Below are positions 35,097-47,800 of a stretch of 64,000 nt of DNA, piece by piece. The stretch is from Eukaryota sp. TZLM1-RC (taxonomy: Eukaryota > Protista > Metamonada: BaSk clade), in NCBI GenBank assembly GCA_040285825.1, contig JAUPSS010000002.1, forward strand, positions 2,232,001-2,296,000, given 5' to 3'. The translations under genes and the position numbers were made by a program. Every line of letters starts with the position of its first letter. Positions within the stretch are counted from its first letter, which is position 1. The notes under the pieces were generated by a model, which saw only the letters and a program-made list of their open reading frames with translations, was not told the DNA's origin and ran no database searches.

Positions 35097-36761
35097 GTTT
35101 TTTAGTTTTTTAGTTTTATTTAATTTTCACGTGAAATTTTTCACTATGGTCCATTTCTTATTTTGCTTACTCATTCTTTTAGTTTTATTTTAAAATTTCT
35201 TTTTTTTTCTGTTATAAACAAGCATAATTTCAATTTCGTTCTTTCTACAGAGTTTGTATTCTATGCAAAGTCATTTAATAATTTTTTTTAATAATTATTT
35301 ATTTATTTAATTAATTAATTAATTAGCAAATATTGAGTAATCCAGGATAACTTAGATATTGATATAATTTCTCAGCCATTGAGTGAAATTTTCAGTGATA
35401 TAATAACTGTGCTGTTAACTTCCTCGGTTTCTCGAAGCATTCAGTAAATCCCGCATTTACTGAATAATTGATTGATTGATTTATTAAACAAATAAAAATA
35501 GGAAAAAATATAATAGAATTATAAAATATTAGAAACATGTATTGTTTCAGTTAATAAACCACAAACAATAATCAAACAGATCACAATGTCTTTTACTTTA
35601 TAATTCTCAATGACAATTGAGGATTCTGAAGATGATGAAGTGACCTTACGTGGACTTGAACCAATTGCCAAGAAAGAGCTTTGGACTTCACTTCTGTTGA
35701 TCCTTGCAACAAATTTTATACTTTTGTTTTACTGAAATCAGATTCAATTTTTGGGAATACTGGAGTTAAGAATTACTATATTCAAATACATGCAGTGAAC
35801 ATTTGTAGGTACAATTCAAGCATCTTCAAACCTTTGGGTGTTTCTCTATATGGCCTTTTTGGTTGAAGTGCAATTGGCGTCATGAAATTGCTAAAACTTG
35901 GAGAAATATACTTACGTTTCCAGTTATTAAAAGTATATCCAAAGTTATGGATTACTTGTGAAGAAAATTTGATGATAGCATCTCTGCTGTTGAATTTATC
36001 ATAAATGATCAAGGACAAAAATGAAACATAAAAAACTTTTTGATTGTAATGGAAATCATTTATAAAAATCCATTTAATTATTGTGCTCCATTATAGACAC
36101 CTTTTTTATTTTTGCTCTACAAAATTTAAAACTTTGGTTTGGAAAACAAATTAAAATTAATTGAAAAAAAAATTAAAATTCTAATGTTAATTATTGTTAT
36201 AGACATACCTCGCATACTCATTGTTAAAATGTAGAATCAGCATAATTTTTTCAATTCTATATAGAATTCGTTTCATTAACAACAAAATAATTCTGTCTAT
36301 TAATTGTGTTTTTATCGTGCAACAAAAACAGTACAACCCCCCGTTGTGCAGAGAATTAGTATTAATGCTGACATGAATTATATGTTTCAATCTTTTGATT
36401 CACATCTTCTAAGCGTTAACGACTCTGCATAATAAACTATCTTATTATTCAATCAGATATTATTTCGAAATTTGGGTGATAGAAATTCAACAGACGCTTT
36501 CCCCAATCACTTAATGGTAATATACTAGAAAAGCTGTATGTGTATTCAAAATGACCTCTTTGGACATGACAGACAAGGGTAAATTGAATTTAACTTATTG
36601 AAGTGCCTCAAGAAATCATCATTCCCCAAGTGCTTCATGACTCATTGAGCTTGGGAAATAACGATGACACAACAACTTCAGAATTAGATGAAGAAGTAGA
36701 ACTATCCTGGATGTGACTCCCATGGCTGCAATTATTGTCATGTAGTTTCAATCAATGATTT

Positions 36762-36815
36762 ATGGGAAATTCCCATAAATACACGATCAATTTTCGTGTG
36801 GAATAATTACAAAAA
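36762..36815 (-). ncRNA. Candidate omegaRNA 3' scaffold/right end of Fanzor family A
   Basis: Conserved with 62774-62827; two hairpins (ACACGA..TCGTGT and ATGGGAA-T-TTCCCAT); identity ends abruptly after TTCCCAT. Confidence 0.6.
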
Positions 36816-39800
36816 CTATCTACTACACAGATACTGAGGCCTTTCATTACCACTCATTCTAGCTTCAGCAATTGCAAACATATTCAGACAAGCCAGCTTA
36901 TTTCTATTGAAAAGCATTGTTGAGCTTTGGTTACTGAGTTTGCAACTCTCACTAATACAAGCTAATAAACCATTACATGTGGTAACAGGAGTCCTTTCTC
37001 TTCTATAGACTCTGGGATTTGTTACTCTCAAAAACGTAGCAACCTTTTCAAAACAAACAGGACATTTTGCTGAAGTGAACACTTCATTAATCATCAATAC
37101 TTCAAATCCATTCCTTTTCGGAAATTGAATCCATCCAATGCCTGGAGTAGGTCTATGATGTTTCAAATTTTTAAAACCTTTTTTACCATAATCACCCATT
37201 AGTATTAAAGTGTCTTTCGGGTTGCCAAACTGCTGAACAAGGCTTTTTAACAACCAACTTTCAGCCTTTTGCTTGTGAATAAAAGCTTGCATTTTATGAA
37301 TGCTCCACAAGTCAAGACTGTAAAAGTCAATTGTCAAAACAAACTTGCCGAAGTTTGGCAATCACAAAGTTGGAAAAATTTATAAAAGTCGCCGAATTTG
37401 CAGCAAATGCTGATAATTCGGTGTTTGCATCTTCAATAGTCATTTCGTTAGACTCTATCATTTGGTTCCTGTCGTAATCTACCTCAGTATACTTTGTTGC
37501 CCATCGTTTTTGTTTTTCATTCATCCTGCTTTTCAAAGACCAGGACATCTGAGTCATTCTCAACCATTTGTACTTCTTGTCTTGATTCATCACCCGACTA
37601 TTTCTTTGCTGTTCAGTTTCATGTTCAGGCACCATGGCTAGTTCTTGATCAGTCTTTTTACTCCCAAAATACAATAAATCACGTTTTCCAGGATCACAAA
37701 CAACAATTCGTTTGTCTTGAAAAGCATCAACATCAACATCATCAATATATAAATCAGAAATACTAGCCTTGTTGTCTGGCTTACATTTCTGACCTTGTAA
37801 ATCCCGACGAACAAACTCTACTGCAATATTAAATCCATCTGTGTGGATAATGTTGTTGAATTTATAGCTCTTCTGTTTGAACATTGGTTGATTTAAATCG
37901 AGAATATTAGACCAAAAGTCAAATTGCTGAGGTGGTTTGAGTTTCGTAATTTGGGCTAATGTATTGGACATTTTTAATCTCTGATCAGGCAACAAATCGT
38001 CCATCAATGTTTGTTTAACAATTCTCCATAGTGTTCTTGTATCAATGGGAAGATATCCAGGACCTACAGTGGTTGGAACAGGAGAAATATGATAAGGTTT
38101 TTGATATCTCTACTGGAGATATATTGGGCAATTGTAATTGCTGGTTTTAGGAATATTTGAGGATCTGTTTCAACAGCGTCTGCAAGAAAATGTATATCCA
38201 CTGGAAATATATTGTCAACTAAATTCTCGTCAGTGACCAAATTCTCAATTTGGCAAGTAAATGGCTCAATAAGACCTTCAAATATGTTTCTAAGTTCATT
38301 ATTTCTTATATCATGTTGTTGACATAAATCGAAAAATTCATCATTCAGAAGGTCTGAAATATTTTCAGGATGATGAAACAAAGAACTCAAGCAATCTCTA
38401 TCATCAACTAAAAACAAGTTTTTAAATTGACGAAGCCTAAATCTCTATAGTGAAATCATGGTAGACAATGGCGTTGAGTATCCACCCAGTTTGTGCATTT
38501 CTGCTAACACACTTTCCACATCTACTTTGTCAAAATAAACATTAATAAATCGATTAATATGTTTCTCATAATTTAATTTCAAATTATTCTCAAAATTTGC
38601 AAACATAACTGGGGCCATATACTCAGGTGGTCGACTGAATCCATCTGTTGGAAATCGTGGGAAGTATTCAGGCCTGTGTCTCAAGTGATCAAGATAACTT
38701 AAAGTTTTGTTTAACTTTTGTTGTTCAAAGGTAGTTGATAAATTATAATCTCCTTCACCATAAACAAAATCTTCCAAATCCTGTGGAATTTCACTTTTGG
38801 CTTTACCATTTGTTGCTCATAAAAATCATCTGAAATGTAACGAATTCTGGCCATTAATGATTCATATAGTTTGGCAGAAATTCGTGGTAGTGGCAAATTA
38901 CGTTCAAATCGGGATTGTAAATACAGCTTTAAGCAACAAGTAGTATGAATTCGTAACTGTTGAAATTTTGAAGCAATTTCTTTCATTTTGAGTATAACAT
39001 TTGAATGTTTAACCATTGAGTTGACGGTTGCTCGAATGGTTTTATAAGATGGTAAAACAAACTTATCTTTCTGAAACAACACGAAAAGTTTCAGACATAG
39101 TGAACAATCTTGAAGCCCATATTGAATTAAAGTTTGTCTCAGTGGAGTAGTAGCTAAACAATCAACAGGTAAAATATTGGTGAATTGTTGATGAAGTTTG
39201 ATTTTCTTCTCATTAATCATTTTGTAGGCCAAATTCCCCAAACTATGACCATATTGGATTTTGATGAATTTTTTTGCAAACACCAGTGTATCTAAAAGAT
39301 AAAAACCATTTTCCCTGATGACAATTTCCCTCCATCTTGGTGAAAGATGATTAAGTACATCCACTGTTGAATCAACTGAACCAGTGGGAAATGGTAAACC
39401 AAAATAATTGAATCGATTCTTTAAAACTTGTAAATCAAACTTGATTAGATTGTGATTCAAAAAACAATGTGGTTGATAATTACCAATAATATTTGAAAAT
39501 CTACAAAGTAAAATTTCTTCGTTATCAAATAATTCCGCCTGAACATTCATATCAATTTGAGGTAAAGACGTAATTTGGTCACTCATTTTCAACAGCAGCG
39601 AATATTTACTTTCCAAAAAGAAGTTGTGTTGATCAAACCTTCCAATAGCAATTGAAACTAAAAACACTTTTTGATTTGAAATCCACTCATCAAACCAAAC
39701 TCCTCATCATTTTTTCTTTTTAAAAGATTTAAATCATCTTTTCTAATCTTGTCAATTATCTGATCAGGAGGCAGAAATTGATTGACCTGATTTTGATAAA

Positions 39801-40713
39801 AATGGCCATCCTGATAGGTTTCAAGATCAATACACATAACCATTGGAAGATTTTGATTAATACTCTTTGATTTCAACTTAATCAAAGATTCAGGCTTAAA
39901 ACCACTACGACTTGGCTGGACCTTTTTTATCATATGCTGTTTTAAATCTTTTTTCTGTAAAATTTTTCTGTTGTCATGATTCAACATTGTATTTTCGACA
40001 CAGATTTGACGGTTCAGTGCTTTCTGCTGTTTTTTCCATTGTCGTTTTGATACTCGTTGGTCTGAACTCATTGTATAAGATTTGGTTTTTATGACTGGTC
40101 TCATAATTTTTACAGAAGAAACAACCTTGGTGGGAACAATAGACGATGATGATCGTCTGACAGTTTTTGAAGGAGGGGTTGATTCCACTGATGACCTTCT
40201 CTTTTTGGGCTGACAATATGGACCAGGGTTCGCCTCTACATCACCATGTTCTGTGAGGTCAGGAATCCAACAATTGTTTTCACCCAGGGACCCATCCCCT
40301 AGGTTACTCACGGGTAAGGTGGACTGACCACCATGAATTTCACCCAGGGACCCATCCCCTAAGTTACTCATGGGTAAGGTGGACTGACCACTATGAATTT
40401 CACCCAGGGACCCATCCCCTAGGTTACTCACGGGTAAGGTGGACTGACCACTATTAATTTCACCCAGGGACCCATCCCCTTGGTTACTTTCCACAATTGA
40501 TACAATTGTCTTGACCGTGATCAACTCCAAACAGTTAAAAACTGAATGACTGATGACCACCCAGTCGTTTATGCATTGATCATCATAGACTATTAATAAA
40601 AAGAATTTCTCTTGATATTGTTCAGAGCCTGTAGATATAATGATAGATGTAAGAACAACAACAGCAAACACACAAACAACAAGATGAAAAGAATCATAAA
40701 CAACAGCAAACAC
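36816..40713 (-). mobile_element. Fanzor family A (copy A1): repeats + 2A-like peptide + PolB-type DEDDy exonuclease + Fanzor1 nuclease, disrupted
   Basis: GDVEANPGP; ExoI CIDLET, ExoII HNLIKFD, ExoIII YGLQD; Fanzor N-terminus IHTTCCLKLYLQ..LPLPRI; PGYLPIDT; TDGFNIAV; RuvC-I VCDPGKRDLL; MGDY; RuvC-II INEVFTSAKCPVC; GLLAC..C..FNRNKLACLNM..RPQYLC. About four frameshifts and one in-frame TAG (38445-38447). Confidence 0.85.
40278..40488. repeat. 60-bp tandem repeat, 3.5 copies (20-aa unit SNLGDGSLGEIHSGQSTLPV)
   Basis: Unit TTCACCCAGGGACCCATCCCCTAGGTTACTCACGGGTAAGGTGGACTGACCAC... repeats with a 60-bp period. Confidence 0.95.
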
Positions 40714-40916
40714 ACAAACAACAAGATGAAAAGAATCATAAACAACAGCAACAGAAACATTTTCTTTTTTCTCTTTTTTCTCTTTTTTCTCTTTTTTTAC
40801 TTTTTTTACTTTTTTTTTCTTTTTTCTCTTTTTTTACTTTTTTTACTTTTTTTTTCTTTTTTTTCTTTTTTTTCTTTTTTTCTCTTTTTACTTTTTTTAC
40901 TTTTTTTACTTTTTTA
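40654..40916. repeat. 42-bp tandem duplication followed by T-rich low-complexity tract
   Basis: AACAACAGCAAACACACAAACAACAAGATGAAAAGAATCATA about x2.3, then (T7-8)C/AC repeats. Confidence 0.9.
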
Positions 40917-41686
40917 ACAACTTCATGAGTTGTATCAAAAACAACATACGACCCGATAACATCAAGGAAATCTAAGTTAAAAGGTTGAACAAAATCTGAA
41001 AAAACCATTGGTCCGCCATTGAGGCTCATTCCTAAAATTTTAATATTTCCAGTCAAATTGGAGAAAGATAGTGAATCTCCATTGATAATTAAGCTTGAAA
41101 CTACTATTCCAGTACTTTGACACTCAGAAAACTCAATAGATCCACCTGTTGGTACGACTAAAGAAGAAACGTTATATACAGAACCCTTCCTAAAGTGTAA
41201 TTCATTTCCCGTGTTGAGATTCAAAATAGCATCACTTGTTAAGTTAATTGAAGGTAAATCAAGACTGAATTCCAAAAGTAAAATATCTAATAAACCACTA
41301 ATATCGATTAAGGGAAGTGAAAGAGTAGATGTGACAGTATCAATGTTATCCCACGATATCCCATTAATTGCAAGTAATTCAGTATTTGCTTGATTCAAAA
41401 GGTTACGCTTTACACTATGAGAGTCATGAATTTGTAATAAAGAATTATTAAGGGCTGTGTAATAAGCAAACATCACATCATTGGGTACGTGGAGGGACTT
41501 GGGGAGGGAGGAGGAGATCGTAGAGTGGTCAAGAAGAATGAGAAAACCTGATTCAAAAACGCAGCCATAGGTGTAGTTGAGATGACAGTGCTCAGAAATA
41601 GTTTCAGACTGTTCAGACTTAAAAGGAAGTGAGAGCATTATGGAGGGAAGGGAAGAGGAGATAAGGTTATCTTCTTTGAACGACAT
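40917..41686 (-). pseudogene. Fragment of an S/L/I/N-rich, probably secreted or surface repeat-type protein, truncated by the low-complexity tract
   Basis: Beta-rich composition; ORF runs into a spurious poly-Lys tract. Confidence 0.4.
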
Positions 41687-41823
41687 TGGGGATAGAATAA
41701 TGGATCCCTATTTATAGGCTATAGAAAATTTCATTTTCTAACCTTCTGTGATTTTGACCTCTGGTGACTATTCAAAAATTTACATGTTCTACGTTAGGGT
41801 GTTCTGTACTGCTTACCTGGTTT

Positions 41824-44800
41824 TGATGCCGTAGGTTGCAAAAGTGGTGGGGATAAAGCTAATCTATTTTCTATTCATATTGTAAAAGCCTAAGGGCGCC
41901 AACACTGCTTCTTCCCCTTTTTCAAAGTTAATAGGCTTATATAAATATGAACTAAACTATAAACAAATAACTAAATAACTATAAGTAATCTATATAAATT
42001 AAGAATTAGTATCACTTCCTAATTCTAGTACTACGTCTAGGCCTCTTATAAGGCGTAGAGTTATTGGAGGTACTTTTACGTTGACTAGTAGTACGTTTTC
42101 CAATTTTCTTGTTATTCCTACTGAACAACTTATAAGCTTCTGAATGTTTAACTGAATGGAGAGGCTCTTTTGTCGTCTCACCCCCAAACCATTGAACAGT
42201 ACAGAAACTACCTGAGTCAGAGTTATATTCTGAGAGGATTTTCTCTATAACATGTTTCTCAGCATCGCCTGCTGCGACTGCCTTAAGAAATTTAATATTC
42301 TGTGGATTCTCAGCGTTATAGATTTTGCAATCTTTCTTAGCAGCCTTTAATTCGGTGCCAGTGATAAGATTCTTCAATAATACAGTAGAGTTGGAAGGAT
42401 GATCTATTACTAAAAAGTGGTCCATTCCAAGATCCATGTAATTTATTATTCTGTTTGGTTTTACGTAGGACATAGTCACCAATATTAAATACTATAGAAC
42501 GCGAATTAGTATTGTCTACTGAAGTCGGAATATTTAATGATTGATGACGCTCTGCTTCTTCCCTTTTCTCTTGTAGACGAATATTTTCCAATTAAATATA
42601 ATCTAATAAAGGGATATTGGAATCAAATTTTGATAAGTTTCCTAATATGTTTGCAGGGTCCGATCTTGGACCTATCGAAGATCCGAACATTAGTTCGTAT
42701 GGTGTAAAACCTGTCTCTCTGCTTTTGGAGGAATTTATTAATAGTTGGGATATGGGTACATAAGTAGACCAATTTCCATAATCATTAAAATCTATAATAA
42801 TAATAATTTCCTCAAGCATTGTAGAACGTCTCTATGTTTTCGTTCTACGAGTCCATTACTTTCAGAGTAGTGGGGTATTGAGTTACTCATCTCAATAGCT
42901 TATCTATTACACACTATCTTAAAAGTGTCATCAGCGAACTCAGGACCATTATCACTATGAATTAACATAGGAATGCCAAATATAGCACAAATGTTCCAAA
43001 TTAAAGCGTCCGCGGTCTCTAAGGCATTGACCTCTTTTAGAGGGACTAAAATTGAATATCCAGTAAAAGAATCTACAAATAGTAACAAGTATTGTATTTA
43101 TTACCATCACTATCAGTATTCAGAGGTCCAATTGTGTCGACATTTAATCTACCAAAAGGACGATCTGCCCAAAGGGAACCTGTGGAAGGTGTTTTTATTC
43201 TTTTAACTGGTGCCGTTTCTGGACAAGTTGGGCATCTTTTGATGTGGTTTATGAGGTCCTTTCTCATATTAGGCCAGAAAAAGTCGCTTTTGGACAGTTT
43301 ATGTAGACTGTCGTTTTTGCTGGGGTGGCCTGATTGAACCAATCCATGTATTAATAGTAGAGCCTGTTTTCTCAGGCTTTTTGGAATTAAAATTATATTT
43401 TTATTATTTTTCCAAATTTCAGTATTTTCATCTAGAATTGCATTCTCAAATGGAGAGTCATTGTTATTTTTGGCTATTTTTTGTTCAGATCTTATTTTAG
43501 AGAACCAAGAAGAAAAAATAGGTAAGTCCTGGTGTCTACTTAAGGATGAGATTGATGGGATGTCTTCAAAGTCCGAATCAGAATCATTGTCTATGGAGGT
43601 ATCTCGTAATTCGAAAGTAAAGTATCTGGTATATTTATACTTCATATAGAAGGAGTTTCCTCGTTTTGATCTAAATCAATATTCCTCGATAGCATATTTG
43701 CCCAGTGGTTATCTTTACCTGGTTCATGGACTATATCAAAGTCGAATTGAGATAGTATCGGCAGCCATCTCTTTACAATTCTGTTTTTCTCTGGAGCTGT
43801 GGCCAGGAATGCAGTATTTTTGTGATCAGTGAAATTTGTTAGATGTCTAGTCAAAAGGTAGCTTTCTAAACAACTTTCAGTTAAAATCAGAAGTATTGCG
43901 TATAGTTCTTTTTGTAAAGTGGACCATTTTTTTTGTGTTTCTGTAAGTAATCTACTATAGAACGACAAAGGTTTCACTTTCCTTTTATTCAGCGGGGTGC
44001 CTGCAGGAGAGTATGGATCAATTTCCTGCCAAATAACACCTCCTACTGCTACATCTGATGCGTCAGTACTTATTAATACACGCTTACCCGGAGCTGGTAA
44101 TTCAAGGGGCATGTGATTAATTATTAAATCTTTTATTTCTTTAAAATAATCATCATGCTCGTTGGTCTATTTCATTATTCTAGGTTTTCCTTTAAATAAC
44201 TCATTAATTGGAGCTATTAATTCAGAAATACCTAGGAGCCAATCTCTAATATAATTGATGGATCCTACCAATGAACGAACTTCTTTCACTGATTTTGGTC
44301 TAGGGATTCTCATCAAAGCTTCGATCTTTTTCTTACTAATGAATCTAGTTTTGTCCTGGAAGGTGCTTCCTAAAATGTCAATAGGGTGTTTGGATGTTAC
44401 GAATTTGCATTTACGTAAGCCTATATTTACACGTCTATTTCTGGCGCATTGAAGGACTCTTTGTAATCTCTTATAGAATTCTTCGAAAGTCGTTCCAACT
44501 ATTATGATATCATCAATATATATAAAAACGCCATCAATTTGGAATATTTCCATCATAACGTTTTGAAAAACTGCCGGGATGTTCTTTAATCCGAAGCAAG
44601 CTCTTTTAAACATAATTGACCTCCCAGGGATTGAAATTGATGTTTTCTCAATGTCCTTCTCAGCTACATTCATCTGCCAGAAAGCTTTTGGTATGTCAAG
44701 CGTGGCAATGTAATTTGCTCTACTCAAAAATTCTAATATATCACTAATCCTAGGTAGATTAGGTTCTACTGAAATCGTGTGGGCATTAGCTCCATCCTTA

Positions 44801-47800
44801 CCGGCAAAGTCTCCAGTTAACCTGGGTTTCTTGCCGTCAGGGTATATAACTAAGACAATAGGAGAGCTGAATTTATAATTAGATTCAACTGCATAGCCCA
44901 TTTTAATCAGTTCATCAAATATTTTGTTTGTTATTTCCATTTTGCTGGGATTTAACCGTCTAGCAGGTTTATGTACTATAGCATTCTCATCTTTAAAGGG
45001 GATTGTTAGAGGATTACAATCGATTCCATTTCTATTTGGAGTTTTACTAAAAACATCACTGAAAATTCCTAGTAGACTCGTCAATTTTAATTTATTATTA
45101 TCATCATCTAAATTTATCTCACAACCAGATCTAGTTAACTGCTCCTCAAAATCGGAAGGACTCGATGATTTTTTATCTAAGGTCCCAATCGAATATTGAG
45201 CGATTCTTGAGTCGAATTCAGATTCTGCAATTAACAAAGTGCGGTGTTCTTTGTCTAATCTAATGAAAAGACCATCATCCGTCTGAAGCCCAAGTGTTTT
45301 TAACATGTCTATCCCTATTAATAGTTTGTTCGAACCCGGGATTATGGGAAGAGTATGTCTATAATGTACCTAATGCGCAATGCTTCCTATGTTGAACGAC
45401 AGAATACCATTTGCACTCCCTAGCGATTTACTTGATACGTTATTGGCTGGTAAAAACTCAATCGTATCATCTCTATTAATTGACATGTTGCATTTGTTAG
45501 CCAAATCTTCTGTTATAACCGAACAAAGCGCTGCCGAATCAATAGTTGCAATCATTTTTATGTTATTTATTAAAATCTCCAATCTTAGAAATGGAGAACA
45601 CTGGGATCTGATGTGGTTCTCACTAACTGTAGAATTTATACCAAAAATACTATTGATATCAGAGCTGGGTTTGTGGAATTGTAGAAATTTAAGTAAGAAT
45701 TGTTGAGCTGTTGGGGAGTTGATGACTGGGTTTCCGAAAACGGCAATTGATTGATTATGATTGATTGCGTTGATTTGTTTCCGATTGGGAAAGTTTCCTG
45801 TGTTTCTGACACTGTTGCTGAAACGGTCAATCCGTCTGTGAGAGGTCATGCTCGAACTAGCAAACACGTTCTCAGAAGGGGATGATTTTGATGATGTTTC
45901 CTCTTGTGTGTTTATGTAATGAATAGGTCTATACTGACTTCTGCCTTTATGTCCTCTAAAATGGCCACCTCGGCCCCTGCCTCTAAACCTAGATACAAGT
46001 CTACCACGGTCACCTCGGCCCCTAACTACGCTGTCACTTCTCGCAGGCTGATCAGCCTCGCCGATCTTAAACCTTAATTCTTTGAGTACCTTGTTCCTGG
46101 TACAACGGGGGTCTTTACATTCAAAAACCGTGTGACCAATAGGGTTATTTCTTTCGGTGACGTTGCAGAATGTACAAAACTTAGATCCCTCCCGTTCATG
46201 ATTTCTGGGACATATTTGTTTTGGGGAGTTCCTTTGGTTCCGCCTCCCGAGCGACGTTTAGCATCTGGACCAGATGGATTTGCTCCTCTAGAGGACGTTC
46301 TCATGGTCGAAAAGCCTAATGAAATATCATCTTCTCTTTCAGCTTGTTTTCTTAAAAGTTCCATGGTGTGCCTATTTCCTGTTGTCTGGCACCAAGCTAA
46401 CAAGTGTCTTCTGGTGGTCGAGATCAGGTCTAAGAAAGTTGTTCCTGTTAAAGGGTCCCAGAGATCTTCTCTTGTCCAATGGCTTGCCAGCTCCTTGGTA
46501 ATGGCGAAATTATCTATATCCAAGAGAAAGTATTCTGCAATGAGGGCGGGGGAGAGGGTTATTAAACCACTGCTTCCCCTAATTGATGCAGATATAGAGT
46601 GATCAATCATGTAAGTGGTCATCCTCAGGACGTCTCCAAAATCTTCGACGAACCTAACAAATTCATTGACTGCATCCATTTTGTTGTGGAATCTCCAATT
46701 TATACAAGGTTTTCCTAGGGCAGAGCAAGCCTCATGATATGAGGTAAATTGTGTCCTGCGTAGCAGAAAAACCATTAGATCTGCGTCAGAGAAGTCCGGT
46801 CTCAGAAGTCCTTGGCCTTGCCATCTAGAGATGAGATGGGGGTCAACCATGCTTGATAAACCGGACGGACAAGTACTTATCATCATACTTCTAAATAAGT
46901 CGTAATGATGAATAGGAGGTCCCAAACGTTTCGTCAGTTCTGAGTCGATCCTTAAAAGTGGCTGCTTCATGTCCCTATCAATTTCTTCTCTGATGTGAGA
47001 TGGGAGAGATAATAAGAGCTCAGGGATAATCTGGGTCTTTCCTTCACCAAAAATTTGCGTTGCTATCAACATAGCACGAGACCAATCAGATTGACCAGGG
47101 GCTTGAAAACTTCTATTAGCTATCTTACGCCCGTATTTATCCCATGTTTGGAACTTGAGGAGGAAGGAGACGAGAGACATCTTGTTGAGTGGGTCCTTCT
47201 CGGATAAATGATGAGCTTTGTATTCAGCTGACCTAGGCCGAGAGTCCACATGCCACTGAAGACTACTCGCTATACTCATGTCCAATATATTTCTTGAAGC
47301 TTGGAGGTCTTCCAATCGGAGAGGCTCCTCAGAAGAAACTCTTCTACGAGGGGGTTGAGGAGTAGGTGTTTTATCTAAACTAGGTCCAACTCAACTCGAC
47401 TTCGTCTTCTGATGCACTAGTAAGCATAGGTTGGGAGGAAGTTGCTGGTTCCTGAACCACTCTGGTAGGTCTGTTTACTCGTTTTGTCACATCTACTGTT
47501 GGGATGTGGTCAGGGAGTACATCGATAGAACAGACTTGTACCGGTTGCTCTTTTTCTGATATTTCCGGTTATTTTAGGACGGCGTTCTGCCCCGCGTCCG
47601 TAGGTTTCTCTACTCAGGGCGTCCAAAGCGTTAATTAGCTCTCTTCTCTTGCTTTGAGGGAATTCGTAGACTCTATTAGGGTCCTCTGTATGGCCCAGAG
47701 TCTGGAATCCCACATTTCTACCAGATTTTATCATTTGCTTCCAAAGGGGAGGGAGCTGCTGGAACAAACAGTAATCTGTAGGTTCAAGGTGGGCTTCCGC

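Noticed and set aside
40278-40488. Regularly spaced repeats near a RuvC nuclease as a CRISPR array
   Set aside because: Units are contiguous 60-bp tandem copies with no unique spacers, and they lie in a reading frame
40612-40917. Poly-Phe and poly-Lys ORFs
   Set aside because: Artefacts of a T-rich low-complexity tract
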